A stretch of 64,000 nt of DNA, from the NCBI GenBank assembly GCA_963697335.1, contig CAVONQ010000010.1:1-64000 (forward strand), read 5' to 3'. A model generated the notes under the pieces. The model saw only the letters and a list, made by a program, of their open reading frames with translations. It ran no database searches and was not told where the DNA came from. Both the position numbers and the translations under genes were made by a program. The number at the start of each line of letters is the position of its first letter. The stretch's first letter is position 1. Origin of the DNA: an uncultured cyanobacterium (GTDB lineage Bacteria > Cyanobacteriota > Cyanobacteriia > PCC-6307 > Cyanobiaceae). This document shows, one piece after another, positions 37,878-48,657 of the stretch.

Positions 37878-39239
37878 ATGGCTGTCAGCCGTCCCCGCCC
37901 AAGCAGTGCCCCCGTGAACACACCCCAGCATCCGATCACCCTGAGCCTGCGCGGCCGTCTGACGTTTGCGCTCAACCGGCTAGGCGAGAAGCTCTGGGCC
38001 AAGCCCCTTCTCCTGGTCCTGGTGTCGCTGCTGGCCGTGGGGCTGGCCCACCTGGCCGACCGCCTGGCGCCGGGGCTGTTGCTGCCCGACATCACCCAGG
38101 ACACCCTGGAAACGCTCCTGCGGATCATCTCCTCGAGCATGCTCGTGATCGCGGTTTTCGCGGTGGGCTCGATGCTGTCGGCCTATGCCTCCGCAGGCAC
38201 CACCGCCACTCCGAGGGCCCTCACCCTGGTGGTGGCCGATGACGTGTCGCAGTACGCCCTCTCCACGTTCATCGGTGCCTTCATCTTCGGCATCGTGGCC
38301 CTGATCGCCCTGATGAATGGCCTCTACGGCCGCACGGGCCGGTTCGCCCTGTTCCTGCTCACCCTGGCGGTATTCGCGGTGGTGGTGCTCAGCTTCGTGA
38401 CCTGGGTGGATCGCCTTGCCCGGCTGGGCCGGGTGACCAACACCATTGGCCGGGTGGAGGAGGCGGCCGCCATGGCCCTGCAGGATCGGGCCCGGCAGCC
38501 CACCTTGGGGGCAAGGGCCCTGGCCCGCTCGCCCGCAGCCGCTCCGGGCGCCGCAGCGGCTCAGCCGGTGCTGGCCAGCAGCGTCGGCTACCTCCAGCGC
38601 ATCGATCTCGGCTCCCTGCAGCTGCTGGCGAAGGCGAACGGGGCCGAGATCCGGGTGCTGCGCCTGCCGGGAGCCTTCATCACCACCACCCGGGTGCTGG
38701 CCCAGGTGGAGGCCGAGGCTCCCCTGCCGCCTGATCAGCTGCAGCGGATCGCCCACACCTTTCTGATCGGCAATCGCCGCACCTTTGACGACGACCCCCG
38801 CTTTGGCCTGGTGGTGCTCTCGGAAATCGCCAGCCGCGCCCTGTCGCCAGCCGTGAATGACCCCGGCACGGCCATCCATGTGATCGGCACCGTGGTGCGG
38901 CTGGTCACTGACTGGGCCCAGACCAGCCTCGAGGAGAGCCGTTCGTCGGCCTCGGCCCCCCGCTTCGGACACCTGTGGCTGCCTGAGCTGGCCCTGGACG
39001 ATCTGCTGGAGGATGCCTTCGCCGCCATGGCCCGCGATGGAGCGGCGTCGTTGGAGGTGGGCCTGCGCCTGCAGAAGGGCCTGCATCAGCTCAGCCTGCT
39101 GCCCCTGCCGGAGCTGCGCCAGGCGGCCATGCTCCAGGCCGAACTGGCCCTGGAGCATGGCGAGCTGGCCCTGCGGCTGGAGCGGGAGCGCGAGCGGCTG
39201 CGGCGGGCGGCCGCCTGGGTGTTGCCGCCGTCAGGCTGA
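37878..39239 (+). CDS. DUF2254 family membrane protein
   Basis: TATPRAL, FIGAFIF, DDPRFGLVVLSEIASRALSPAVNDPGTA. Confidence 0.85.
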   Translation: MAVSRPRPSSAPVNTPQHPITLSLRGRLTFALNRLGEKLWAKPLLLVLVSLLAVGLAHLADRLAPGLLLPDITQDTLETLLRIISSSMLVIAVFAVGSMLSAYASAGTTATPRALTLVVADDVSQYALSTFIGAFIFGIVALIALMNGLYGRTGRFALFLLTLAVFAVVVLSFVTWVDRLARLGRVTNTIGRVEEAAAMALQDRARQPTLGARALARSPAAAPGAAAAQPVLASSVGYLQRIDLGSLQLLAKANGAEIRVLRLPGAFITTTRVLAQVEAEAPLPPDQLQRIAHTFLIGNRRTFDDDPRFGLVVLSEIASRALSPAVNDPGTAIHVIGTVVRLVTDWAQTSLEESRSSASAPRFGHLWLPELALDDLLEDAFAAMARDGAASLEVGLRLQKGLHQLSLLPLPELRQAAMLQAELALEHGELALRLERERERLRRAAAWVLPPSG

Positions 39240-39267
39240 CGACCTGCCCGTCGCTCGGCTCCGCGAT

Positions 39268-39717
39268 TCACCAGGGCAGGGGAGTGCGCCCGACACCGAC
39301 ATTGCAGCCCACCTGGGATCCCAGCAGGGCGCCGAGTGGCACGGCCCAGGCTCGCCCCTCATCCTGGGAGGCCACATAGCCGGCGCCGCCACCCAGCAGG
39401 CCCCCCACCAGGCGACCGGTGTTGCAGCGCTGGGCATCGCGCTCCAGGTCGGCCCGCAGCTGGTCCACCCGGGATTCCCGGCGGTAGGGCACGGTCTGGA
39501 CCGGGACATTGGCGTAGCGCCTGGGGCTGCGCTCCACCGTGCGCACCACGGTGCGGGTCTGCCTGGCCGGCTGCTGTCTGACCGGCACCAGCACATAGGT
39601 GGGTTGTTGCCGCCAGCCGCGGGGGGCCGCCAGGGCTGCGGGGGCTGCGCTGAGGCTGAGCAGCCCGGCGGTGCCGAGCAGAAGGCAGAGGCGATGGCGA
39701 AGGGTGAGCTTGGTCAT
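39268..39717 (-). CDS. Secreted glycine-zipper protein
   Basis: Signal peptide, GRLVGGLLGGGAGY...LGALLGSQVGC. Confidence 0.7.
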   Translation of the reverse strand: MTKLTLRHRLCLLLGTAGLLSLSAAPAALAAPRGWRQQPTYVLVPVRQQPARQTRTVVRTVERSPRRYANVPVQTVPYRRESRVDQLRADLERDAQRCNTGRLVGGLLGGGAGYVASQDEGRAWAVPLGALLGSQVGCNVGVGRTPLPW

Positions 39718-39937
39718 GGTGGTGAACGGGTGAGGAGGGGTCCCTTTGGGGGATGACCTCACTCAACCGATCCCGTGTGTCTGGGCCGTGAACGGCTCCA
39801 GGCGCAGGTGTGACCGGATCCTTCCAGCGGCATGGGCCGCTCCTGCAGGAAGGGAGGCAGATCCTGGCCCGGCTCAGCCAGGTGGGCAGCCAGGCATCAA
39901 GCCCGATGCAGGGCCCGGTGGAGAGCGGCTGAGGCCG

Positions 39938-40351
39938 TCAGCTCAGCAGGGCGATGCAGTCGATCTCCACCCGGGCCCCCTTCGGCAGGGCCGCCACCTC
40001 CACGCAGGCGCGGGCCGGTGCCACCTCGCCGCTGAAGGTGGCGGCGTAGAGCGCGTTCACGGTGGCGAAATCGGCCAGATCCGCCAGGTACACCGTGGTG
40101 CGCACCACCTGGGCCGGTGTGGCCCCAGCCGCCGCCAGCACCGCCTCCAGGTTGCTCAGCACCTGGCGGGTTTCCGCCTCCACATCCCCGTCCCCCACCA
40201 GCGCGCCGCTGAGGGGATCCAGGGCGATCTGGCCTGAGCAGAACAGCAGCCCTCCGGCCTGCACAGCCTGGTTGTAGGGGCCCACCGGAGCGGGGGCCGC
40301 GGCGGTGTTGACGGCGATCGCCGTGGAAACGGAGGGCTGGGGGGTGGTCAT
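39938..40351 (-). CDS. RidA/YjgF family enamine deaminase
   Basis: APAPVGPYNQAV, CSGQIALDP, PARACVEVAALPKGARVEIDCIA. Confidence 0.92.
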   Translation of the reverse strand: MTTPQPSVSTAIAVNTAAAPAPVGPYNQAVQAGGLLFCSGQIALDPLSGALVGDGDVEAETRQVLSNLEAVLAAAGATPAQVVRTTVYLADLADFATVNALYAATFSGEVAPARACVEVAALPKGARVEIDCIALLS

Positions 40352-40397
40352 CGCTGGGCGGCTGGCTGCCAGGCGGATGACTCATCATGAGTCCTGC

Positions 40398-41522
40398 ATG
40401 CCCACCGGCCCCGAGGCCCCAGGACCCATCACCGCCACCCTCGCCGCCCCCTCGCCTGCCGACCCGCTGCACCCGTCCCATGTGGAGCTGAGCGGGCTGT
40501 GGCATCGCTACGCCGGCACCGAGGCCTTCACGTTGCGCGGCATCGATTTCCAGCTGCGCCCCGGCGAGTTGGTGGGCTTGCTGGGGCCCTCAGGCTGCGG
40601 CAAGACCACCCTGCTGCGGCTGATTGCCGGATTCGAGCGTCCGGAGCGCGGCGTCGTGATGATCGCCGGCCGCCAGGTGGCCGGCGAGCAGCGCTGGCTG
40701 GTGCCGGAGCGGCGCGGCGTGGGCATGGTGTTCCAGGACTACGCCCTGTTCCCGCACCTCAACGCCTGGCGCAACCTCTGCTTCGGCCTGCGCCGCGGCG
40801 AGGACACCGCCCGAGCCGCCTGGCTGCTGGAGCTGCTGGGGCTTGGCGGCCTGGAGCGCCGCTATCCCCACGAGCTCTCCGGCGGCCAGCGCCAGCGCCT
40901 GGCCCTGGCCCGGGCCCTGGCGCCACGGCCCTCGGTGGTACTGCTCGATGAGCCCTTCTCCAACCTCGACGTGGAGGTGCGCCTGCGCCTGCGGGCGGAG
41001 CTGCCCCAGGTGCTCAGCCAGTGCGGCGCCTGCGGCCTGATCGTGACCCACGACCCCGAGGAGGCCCTGGCGATCTGCGACCGGGTGGCCGTGCTCTGTG
41101 ACGGCGTGCTGCACCAGTGCGCCAGCCCCAGGGAGCTGGTGCAACGACCCGCGACCGCCTTCGTGGGCCGCTTCGTGCTGCAGGGCAACCTGTTGCCGGT
41201 GTGCGCCGCTCGCGGCCTGTTCACCACCCCCCTGGGCCAGCTCAGGCCCCTGGAGCCGATGGAGGCACAGCAGCCCGCTGAGGTGATGGTGAGTCCTGAG
41301 GCGATCGCCCTGGTGCCCGATCCCGCCGGAGAGGCCCGGGTGCTGGGCCGGGAGTTCCTGGGCCGGGAATGGCTCTACCAGCTCCGCCAGGGCGACCTTA
41401 ACCTGCGGCTGCGGCTGCCCCTGAACGAGGAGTACGGCCATGGCCAGCGCTGCCGGCTGCAGTTGCGCCCGGGCCACGGCGCCACCCTGTTTCCCCAGGG
41501 TCTGCCCCTGGAGGTGTGCTGA
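40398..41522 (+). CDS. futC: Fe3+ ABC transporter ATP-binding subunit (start uncertain)
   Basis: [39 protein letters not shown]-like tail. Confidence 0.8.
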   Translation: MPTGPEAPGPITATLAAPSPADPLHPSHVELSGLWHRYAGTEAFTLRGIDFQLRPGELVGLLGPSGCGKTTLLRLIAGFERPERGVVMIAGRQVAGEQRWLVPERRGVGMVFQDYALFPHLNAWRNLCFGLRRGEDTARAAWLLELLGLGGLERRYPHELSGGQRQRLALARALAPRPSVVLLDEPFSNLDVEVRLRLRAELPQVLSQCGACGLIVTHDPEEALAICDRVAVLCDGVLHQCASPRELVQRPATAFVGRFVLQGNLLPVCAARGLFTTPLGQLRPLEPMEAQQPAEVMVSPEAIALVPDPAGEARVLGREFLGREWLYQLRQGDLNLRLRLPLNEEYGHGQRCRLQLRPGHGATLFPQGLPLEVC

Positions 41523-41523
41523 C

Positions 41524-42303
41524 TCAGCCGCGCCAGTGGTCCTTCTGCTCCCTCAGCTGGGCCAGGCTGGCGGCATCAGGGGCCCGCAGGAAGAGGTTCG
41601 TGGCCAGCTCCAGGGCGATCTGGCTCGGCACCGTGGCCTGGCCCCGGGCCCGCTGCGCCAGCACATCCGCCAGCCGCTGCCGGATCGGCGTCGCCGCCGG
41701 GTCGTCGCTGGCCACCGTGGCGGCGGCCCAGCGCAGGTTGGCCTCCGTGTACTCATGGGCGCACCACACCCAGGTGGAGCCGGGCAGGGCCGCCAGCCGC
41801 TGCAGGGAGGCCTGCATCTGGGCCGGGCTGCCCTCGAACAGCCGGCCGCAACCGCCGGCGAACAGGGTGTCGCCGCAGAACAGGTGGCCGGCCCTGGGGA
41901 ACCAATAGGCGAGGTGGGCCCGGGTGTGGCCCGGCACCGCCAGCACCTCCACCGGCTCTTCCAGCACGGTGAGCTGATCGCCATCCGCCACCCCCTGGGT
42001 CTGGAAGGGGATGCGCTCAAGGTCGTCGCGGGCGGCCACCACGGCGCAGCCGGGCCAGCGACGCAGCAGCCCGGGGCTGCCGCCGATGTGGTCGCTGTGG
42101 TGGTGGGTCTGAAGGATGGTGACGAGCTCCAGGCCCCGTGCCTCCAGGCGCTGCTGGATGGGCCCATCGACCGCGGGGTCCACCACCACGGCCTGCCCGC
42201 CCCGGCTCAGCAGCATCACGTAGTTGTCGTTGAGCACGGGGATCAGCTCCACCGCCAGCGTCTGCTGCTGCTGCGGCCCCACCTGAGGGGAAGCCACCGT
42301 CAT
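41524..42303 (-). CDS. gloB: Hydroxyacylglutathione hydrolase (glyoxalase II)
   Basis: [44 protein letters not shown]. Confidence 0.93.
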   Translation of the reverse strand: MTVASPQVGPQQQQTLAVELIPVLNDNYVMLLSRGGQAVVVDPAVDGPIQQRLEARGLELVTILQTHHHSDHIGGSPGLLRRWPGCAVVAARDDLERIPFQTQGVADGDQLTVLEEPVEVLAVPGHTRAHLAYWFPRAGHLFCGDTLFAGGCGRLFEGSPAQMQASLQRLAALPGSTWVWCAHEYTEANLRWAAATVASDDPAATPIRQRLADVLAQRARGQATVPSQIALELATNLFLRAPDAASLAQLREQKDHWRG

Positions 42304-42374
42304 TGGCCCGACTCCTGCGGGGCTCTCTCGGCGATTCGGGCCCATCGTTACAGTCCGAACAGAGACGTGTCTCC

Positions 42375-43052
42375 ATGATCACCGTTGCCCTGGCCAAGGG
42401 TGCCCTGCTGAAGGATTCGGTGCGTCGCTTCGCCGCCGCCGGCCTTGATTTTTCCGCCGTGCTCGAGCCGGGCAACCGCCTGCTGATGGTGCCCAGTGCC
42501 TGCGGCTCGGCCCGGGCCCTGCTGGTGCGCAACGCCGATGTGCCGGTCTATGTGGCCTATGGCCAGGCCCAGCTGGGAGTGGTGGGCTACGACGTGCTGC
42601 GGGAGCACCAGCTGCCCGTGGCCCAGCTGGTGGACCTGGGCTTCGGCGGCTGCCGCATGAGTGTGGCCGTCAAGGCCAGCAGCCCCTACCGCCGCGCCGC
42701 CGACCTGCCGGCCCATTGCCGCGTGGCCAGCAAGTTCACCCGCTGCGCCGAGGCCTACTTCGAAGCCCTGGATCTGCCGGTGGAGCTGATCCATCTGGCC
42801 GGCTCGGTCGAACTGGGGCCGATCACCGGCATGAGTGAGGCGATCGTCGATCTGGTGGCCACCGGTCGCACCCTCAAGGACAACGGCCTGATCGCCATCG
42901 AAGATCTGTTCCAGTCCACGGCCCGGCTGGTGGGCCACCCCCTGGCCCTGCGCCTTGACGGTGGCGCCCTGCAGACGATCGTGGACAGGATTGCAGCTGT
43001 TGCCACGACCCCGGCCACTGCCCCAGCTCCGGCCGCGGCCGGCGTGGCCTGA
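42375..43052 (+). CDS. hisG: ATP phosphoribosyltransferase, short form
   Basis: [48 protein letters not shown]. Confidence 0.95.
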   Translation: MITVALAKGALLKDSVRRFAAAGLDFSAVLEPGNRLLMVPSACGSARALLVRNADVPVYVAYGQAQLGVVGYDVLREHQLPVAQLVDLGFGGCRMSVAVKASSPYRRAADLPAHCRVASKFTRCAEAYFEALDLPVELIHLAGSVELGPITGMSEAIVDLVATGRTLKDNGLIAIEDLFQSTARLVGHPLALRLDGGALQTIVDRIAAVATTPATAPAPAAAGVA

Positions 43053-44851
43053 TGGCGGCTCTAGACCGCGAACGGCTGCTGCGGCTGCTGCCCTACCTGG
43101 GCCGCGACAAGCGCCGCCTGCTGCTCACCCTGACCCTGCTGATCCCGGTGGCCACGGCCGCGGCCATCCAGCCGCTCCTTGTGGGCCAGGCGATCGCGGT
43201 GCTGCGGGGTGAGCCCACCCTGGCCTTCCTCAGCGGCATGCCGGTGGACCAGGCCCTGCGGCTGCTGGTGATCGTGCTGCTGGCGGCGGTGCTGCTCAGG
43301 CTGGGTCTGCAGGGCCTGCAGAGCTACAGCGTTCAGGCCGTGGGCCAGCGGCTCACCGCCCGCATCCGCGACGACCTCTTCGCCCATGCGATGGCGCTGT
43401 CGCTGCGCTTTCATGACCGCACGCCCGTGGGCAAGCTGCTCACCCGGCTCACCAGTGATGTCGATGCCCTTGCCGAGGTCTTCGGCAGCGGCGCCGTGGG
43501 GGTGCTGGCCGATCTGGTGACCCTGCTGGTGATCGCCGTGACCATGCTCAGCATCGAGTGGCGCCTGGCGCTGCTGCTGCTCTCCTCCCAGGTGCCCGTG
43601 GTGCTGGGGATGCTGTGGCTGCAGAAGCGCTACCGCCGGGCCAACTACCGGGTGCGCGAAGAGCTCAGCGCCCTCAACGCCGACCTGCAGGAAAACCTGC
43701 AGGGGCTGGAGGTGGTGCAGATGTTCCGCCGCGAGGACGTCAACAGCGCCCGCTTTGCCCGCACCACCGACGCCTACCGCCGTGCCGTGACGGGCACGAT
43801 CCTCTACGACAGCTCCATCTCCGCCTTCATCGAATGGGTGGCCCTGGTGGCCGTGGCCGTGGTGCTGGCGGCCGGTGGCAGCATGGTGTCGGGCGGCCTG
43901 CTCGGTCTGGGCACCCTCACCACGTTCATCCTCTACTCCCAGCGGCTGTTCGACCCTCTGCGCCAACTGGCGGAGCGCTTCACCCAGATCCAGGGGGGGC
44001 TGACGGCGGTGGAGCGCATCGGCGAACTGCTGGAGCAGCCGATCGAGATCCAGGAGCTTCCCGCCGCCCAGCGTTCGGCGGCGGCCCATCGCTCGGGGGG
44101 CCAGCGCAGCAGCGCCGGCGAGGTGGTGTTCGAGCACGTGTCCTTCGCCTACCGCGAGGACGACCCGATCCTCACGGATCTCTCCTTCCGCATCGCTCCC
44201 GGCGAGCATGTCGCCCTGGTGGGTCCCACCGGATCCGGCAAGACCACGGTGATCCGGTTGCTGTGCCGCCTCTACGAGCCCCAGAGCGGCCGCATCCTGC
44301 TCGATGGCGTGGACATCCGCGAGCTGCCGATCCCCACCCTGCGGCAGCGCCTCGGCGTGGTGCTGCAGGACACGTTCCTGTTCAGCGGCAACGTGGCCGA
44401 CAACCTGCGCCTCGATGCGCCCATCTCCAGCGACGACCTGGTGCGTCTGTGTGGCGAGCTGGGCCTGGCGGAGCTGCTGCGGCGTCTGCCGGAGGGGCTG
44501 GCCACGGAGCTGCGCGAGCGGGGCGGCAATCTCTCCTCCGGCGAGCGCCAGCTGCTGGCGGTGGCCCGGGTGGCGATTCGCGATCCCTCCGTGCTGGTGA
44601 TGGATGAGGCCACCGCCTTCATGGATCCCTCCACTGAAGCCACCCTGCAGCGCGACCTCGATCGCCTGCTCCAGCAGCGCACGGCGATCGTGATCGCGCA
44701 TCGCCTCGCCACCGTGGAGGCCGCCGATCGCATCCTGGTGCTGCAGCGGGGCCGGGTGATCGAGGAGGGCACCCATCGTCAGCTGCGCGACTCCGGTGGC
44801 CTCTACGCCCGCCTCGCCGAGCTGCAGGACAAGGGCCTGGCGGCCCTCTAG
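43052..44851 (+). CDS. ABC exporter, fused permease/ATPase
   Basis: TM domain then GPTGSGKT, LSSGERQ, MDEATA. Confidence 0.92.
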   Translation: MAALDRERLLRLLPYLGRDKRRLLLTLTLLIPVATAAAIQPLLVGQAIAVLRGEPTLAFLSGMPVDQALRLLVIVLLAAVLLRLGLQGLQSYSVQAVGQRLTARIRDDLFAHAMALSLRFHDRTPVGKLLTRLTSDVDALAEVFGSGAVGVLADLVTLLVIAVTMLSIEWRLALLLLSSQVPVVLGMLWLQKRYRRANYRVREELSALNADLQENLQGLEVVQMFRREDVNSARFARTTDAYRRAVTGTILYDSSISAFIEWVALVAVAVVLAAGGSMVSGGLLGLGTLTTFILYSQRLFDPLRQLAERFTQIQGGLTAVERIGELLEQPIEIQELPAAQRSAAAHRSGGQRSSAGEVVFEHVSFAYREDDPILTDLSFRIAPGEHVALVGPTGSGKTTVIRLLCRLYEPQSGRILLDGVDIRELPIPTLRQRLGVVLQDTFLFSGNVADNLRLDAPISSDDLVRLCGELGLAELLRRLPEGLATELRERGGNLSSGERQLLAVARVAIRDPSVLVMDEATAFMDPSTEATLQRDLDRLLQQRTAIVIAHRLATVEAADRILVLQRGRVIEEGTHRQLRDSGGLYARLAELQDKGLAAL

Positions 44852-44958
44852 GGCCCGCAAGCGACAAAGGCAAAGGGTGGCCATTGGTAGTCGTGGCTGC
44901 CACGCGAGGTTCAAGTGAGGGGCTAGGACGTTTTCATTGCTGGTGAATCCCCTTGTCC

Positions 44959-45963
44959 ATGAATGACGTTGATCTGCTCAAGAGCGCCGCACCGATGATG
45001 GACGGGAGTGAGAAACAGAGCAAAAAGGATAAGAAGGAAAAGAAAGTCGAGAAAAAAGCCAAGTCCAAGAACCCTGGCAAAGCCAAGGGCGGCAAGGGCA
45101 AGAACGATAAAAAAGGGCTCTCTGCTGATAGGTACAAGCCTTCTCCGATCTTCGACGACTTCTCCAAGGATTCAGAAGGCCGTCTACCCAAGCTCGATCG
45201 CAAGTACTACGAGAAAGAGCTGGCCAGGTTGCAGGTGGAGCTGGTCAAGATGCAGTACTGGATCAAGCACGTGGGCTATCGGGTTGTGCTGCTGTTCGAG
45301 GGCAGGGATGCGGCCGGCAAGGGCGGCACGATCAAGCGCATCACCGAGCCCTTGAACCCCCGCGGCTGCAACGTGGTGGCTCTGGGAACCCCCTCTGATC
45401 AACAGAAGACCCAGTGGTATTTCCAGCGCTATGTGGAGAACTTCCCTTCCGCTGGGGAAATCGTGTTGTTTGACCGCAGTTGGTACAACCGCGCCGGGGT
45501 TGAGAAGGTGATGGGCTTCTGCACGCCAGAGCAGGTGGAGGAGTTCATGCTCTCCTGCCCGGAGTTCGAGCGCATGCTGGTGCGCAGTGGCATCGTGCTG
45601 ATCAAATACTGGTTCTCCGTCAGCGATGACGAGCAGGAGGCCCGTTTCCGCTCACGGCTGGAAGACCCTGCCCGCCGCTGGAAGCTGAGTCCCATGGACC
45701 TGGAGTCACGCGACCGGTGGGTCGAGTTTTCAAAAGCCAAGGATGAGATGTTTGCCCACACCAACATCCCGGAAGCACCTTGGTTCACGGTGGAGGCCAA
45801 TGACAAGCGCCGGGCCCGGCTCAATTGCATCAGCCATCTGCTCAGCAAGATCCCCTACGAGGACATGACCCCCGACGCGATCGAATTGCCCCCTCGCAAG
45901 AGTGGCAGCGATTATCAGCGCCCCCCCATGAACGAGCAGTTCTTCGTGCCTACCGTCTACTGA
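44959..45963 (+). CDS. ppk2: Polyphosphate kinase 2
   Basis: FEGRDAAGKGG, FDRSWYNRAGVE, WKLSPMD. Confidence 0.93.
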   Translation: MNDVDLLKSAAPMMDGSEKQSKKDKKEKKVEKKAKSKNPGKAKGGKGKNDKKGLSADRYKPSPIFDDFSKDSEGRLPKLDRKYYEKELARLQVELVKMQYWIKHVGYRVVLLFEGRDAAGKGGTIKRITEPLNPRGCNVVALGTPSDQQKTQWYFQRYVENFPSAGEIVLFDRSWYNRAGVEKVMGFCTPEQVEEFMLSCPEFERMLVRSGIVLIKYWFSVSDDEQEARFRSRLEDPARRWKLSPMDLESRDRWVEFSKAKDEMFAHTNIPEAPWFTVEANDKRRARLNCISHLLSKIPYEDMTPDAIELPPRKSGSDYQRPPMNEQFFVPTVY

Positions 45964-45969
45964 TCTGAC

Positions 45970-46767
45970 CTACTCCGCCACAGGAGGAGATGGCCGAGGC
46001 GGGGCGATCTGATCCAGCCACGGGCCGATCGTGTCGGCCAGCTCCCGGGGCCGCCCAAGCATCGGCAGATGGCCGGCCCCCGCCAACACCCTCAGATCGT
46101 GCTGGCGGGCGTAGCCTGCCAGGTGGCGTACGTACCGCGGTTCCATCACCCGGTCGTTGCTGCCGGCGATCCAGAGGCTGGGCACCGTGAGGGCGGCGGT
46201 GAGCCCGGGCAGCTGTTGCACGGAGCTACGCCGCATGCTGCAGGCCAGCAGCCCCTGGGCGGCCCGCCGATCCGCCAGCAGGGGGCTGCGCAGCGGGCCG
46301 CTGCCGGGCACGTGAACCAGCCAGCGGGGCCTCAGCTGCAGAAACAGCGCCCCACCCCGCCGCACCTGGGCAAAGGGCCGCGGCTGGTACACCCCGCCGC
46401 CCACCGCGATCTGCACCACCCCTGTCAGCCGGCTGCCGAGGCACCCGGCGGCATGGAGGACCAAGCTGCCACCGAGCGAGTGGCCCATCAGCACCACCGG
46501 CCGGCCGTCCTTGGCCTGCCGAAGGGCCTGCTCGGCCACCCAGGCGCCGTAGCTGGCCAGGCTCGCCTGCAGCCCCCGGGGCCTTTCCCGGCCGCCGAAG
46601 CCGGGCAGATCCGGCGCCCAGATCTCCCACTCTGGCCCCAGCTCCGCCGCCAGACGATCCCAGAGCCGCCCTGCCAGCAACCAGCCGTGCAGAGCCACGA
46701 TCAGGGGCTTTTGCCCTGCCGGGAATCGCTCTGGGGCGATCCGTGGTGGAGCGGAAGCTGCTGCCAT
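45970..46767 (-). CDS. Alpha/beta hydrolase
   Basis: LHGWL, PDLPGFG, GHSLGG, AGHLPM. Confidence 0.88.
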   Translation of the reverse strand: MAAASAPPRIAPERFPAGQKPLIVALHGWLLAGRLWDRLAAELGPEWEIWAPDLPGFGGRERPRGLQASLASYGAWVAEQALRQAKDGRPVVLMGHSLGGSLVLHAAGCLGSRLTGVVQIAVGGGVYQPRPFAQVRRGGALFLQLRPRWLVHVPGSGPLRSPLLADRRAAQGLLACSMRRSSVQQLPGLTAALTVPSLWIAGSNDRVMEPRYVRHLAGYARQHDLRVLAGAGHLPMLGRPRELADTIGPWLDQIAPPRPSPPVAE

Positions 46768-46802
46768 CAGTCAGGATCGTGGCATCCCGCCATCGCTGTT
46801 CC

Positions 46803-47291
46803 GTGGATCCGGCCCTCCAGCTCACCACGCTCTATGGGGAGCAGCACCGGCTCTGCCCCACGCCCAAGAGCCAGGTGTCGCTGGTGCTGAGTGCCGAACG
46901 GGAGATCGATCTGATCGAGCTGGAGCAGCTGTGTGACGCCGTGGGCTGGAGCCGCCGGCCGCTGCGTCGGGTGCGCAAGGCCCTCCAGCACAGCCTGCTG
47001 CGGGTGGGACTCTGGCGCCATGATCCCCGCCTGCCGAAGTTGGTGGGTTTTGCCCGTTGCACCGGCGATGGGGTGGTGGAAGCCACGGTCTGGGACGTGG
47101 CCGTGCATCCCCACTACCAGGGCCTGGGGCTGGGCAAGGCGCTGATGGTCTACGTGCTCGATCAGCTGCGCAGCATGCAGGTGGATCGCGTCACCCTGTT
47201 CGCCGATCCCCAGGTGGTGGCCTTTTACCGGGCCCAGGGTTGGGATCTGGAGCCCCTGGAGCGTCGCTGCGCCTTCTGGTACGCGCCCTAG
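46803..47291 (+). CDS. GNAT acetyltransferase (Ycf52-like)
   Basis: CDAVGWSRRP, VGFARCTGDG, WDVAVHPHYQGLGLGK. Confidence 0.88.
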   Translation: MDPALQLTTLYGEQHRLCPTPKSQVSLVLSAEREIDLIELEQLCDAVGWSRRPLRRVRKALQHSLLRVGLWRHDPRLPKLVGFARCTGDGVVEATVWDVAVHPHYQGLGLGKALMVYVLDQLRSMQVDRVTLFADPQVVAFYRAQGWDLEPLERRCAFWYAP

Positions 47292-47994
47292 GGCTGCCCG
47301 CCTCGATGCCGTAGTACAGGTGGGCGAGGGTCTCGGCATCGGCGCCGTGGCGCCAGGCCCGCCGCAGGCGGGCATTGTCGAGGGTGGTGCGCCAGACCCC
47401 GCGGCTGCGCCAGCGGCGTTCGTCCACCCGCACGGCGCCACCGAGGCTCCGCAGGCGCCCACGACGTCGCAGGCGCTGCACCAGGTCGAGGTCCTCCATC
47501 AGGGGCAGGGGCCTGAGGCCACCGCTGGCCCAGTAGTGCTGCAGGGGCAGCAGCAGCCCCTGGTCGCCATAGGGCAGCTGGCGCCAGCGGCTGCGCAGGT
47601 TCACGCCAAGCTCCACCAGCCGCAGGGCCAGGCCGCGCCCGCCGATCCCCAGCTCGAAGTACCAGGCCTCCGCAGGCCTCTGCCGCGCCTGCCCCAGCCG
47701 CGCGGCCCAGTCCGGCGGCAGGCGCACGTCGGCATGGAGCAGCAGCAACCACGGTCCACGGGCCTCCCGGGCGCCGAGGGCCAGCTGGCGGCCACGCCCC
47801 GGCGCGCTGCGCAGCAGTCGCGCTCCTGCCAACTGTGCCAGTTCTGGGGTGCCGTCCTGGCTGCCGCCATCCACCACCAGCACCTCGCGCACCAGGGCCG
47901 GGGCGCTGGCCAGCTGGGCCAGCAGGCCCGCCAGGGCATGGCCCTCATTGCGGGTGGCCAGCACCACGCTCAGCCAGGGTGAGGAGTCGGCCAC
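47191..47994 (-). CDS. GT2 glycosyltransferase, TIGR04283 type
   Basis: VVDGGSQDGT, GRGRQL, LLHADV, LPYGDQGL, PLMED. Confidence 0.85.
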   Translation of the reverse strand: MADSSPWLSVVLATRNEGHALAGLLAQLASAPALVREVLVVDGGSQDGTPELAQLAGARLLRSAPGRGRQLALGAREARGPWLLLLHADVRLPPDWAARLGQARQRPAEAWYFELGIGGRGLALRLVELGVNLRSRWRQLPYGDQGLLLPLQHYWASGGLRPLPLMEDLDLVQRLRRRGRLRSLGGAVRVDERRWRSRGVWRTTLDNARLRRAWRHGADAETLAHLYYGIEAGSPRARTRRRSDAPGAPDPNPGPGKRPPPGDRRTG

Positions 47995-47997
47995 GGT

Positions 47998-48648
47998 TCA
48001 GCGCCAGGCCCGCAGATCGTCGGCGCGGTCGAGGTCCCGGCGCAGGGGCAGCAGACGCGGCTCGATGCCCAGGGCGGCTGCCGCCGCCAGGGTCTGCGTC
48101 AGCACCTGGGCACTGCCCCAGGGGATGCCCGCTAGCAGTTCGGCCCGGGCCTGGGTCAGGCCGAGCAGCCAGTAGCCGCCGTCGCCTGCAGGCCCCAGCA
48201 CCAGGGAGGGGGTTCCCGGCCTGCCCGCGCCCAGGGCCTCGAAGGCGGACTCCAGATCGGCAGCTTCCAGGGTCGGCAGGTCACTGCCGATCAGCACCAC
48301 CCGCTGGGCCCCCTCCGCCAGCGCCCGCAACACCTGGCGCTGCAGGCGCACCCCGAGGCTGCCCGCCCCCTGGTCGGTGGAGCCATCGCAGCCCAGGCAG
48401 CCCGCCCAGCGCCGCCGCTGTCGCTCCCCCAGGCCCTGGGCCGCCAGCACCAGGCGGCAGCCCACCCGGCTGCGGGTGCGGCGGGCCACCGCGAAGGTGT
48501 GGGCCGTGAGGCGCTCCTGAATGGCGGCCGCCCGCCCGACGCCCAGGCCCCTGGCCAGCCGGCTCTTGCAGCGCCCGGGCGCCGGCCAGCGGGCCAGCAC
48601 CACCAGCTGCAGTGCCCCTGACGGGCCCCCCTGGCTGGCCTGGATCAC
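47998..48648 (-). CDS. TIGR04282/DUF2064 family transferase
   Basis: ARWPAPGRCKSRLA, QGAGSLG, LIGSDLP, LGPAGDGGYWLLG, DLDRADDL. Confidence 0.85.
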   Translation of the reverse strand: MIQASQGGPSGALQLVVLARWPAPGRCKSRLARGLGVGRAAAIQERLTAHTFAVARRTRSRVGCRLVLAAQGLGERQRRRWAGCLGCDGSTDQGAGSLGVRLQRQVLRALAEGAQRVVLIGSDLPTLEAADLESAFEALGAGRPGTPSLVLGPAGDGGYWLLGLTQARAELLAGIPWGSAQVLTQTLAAAAALGIEPRLLPLRRDLDRADDLRAWR

Positions 48649-48657
48649 GCCGGCCGC

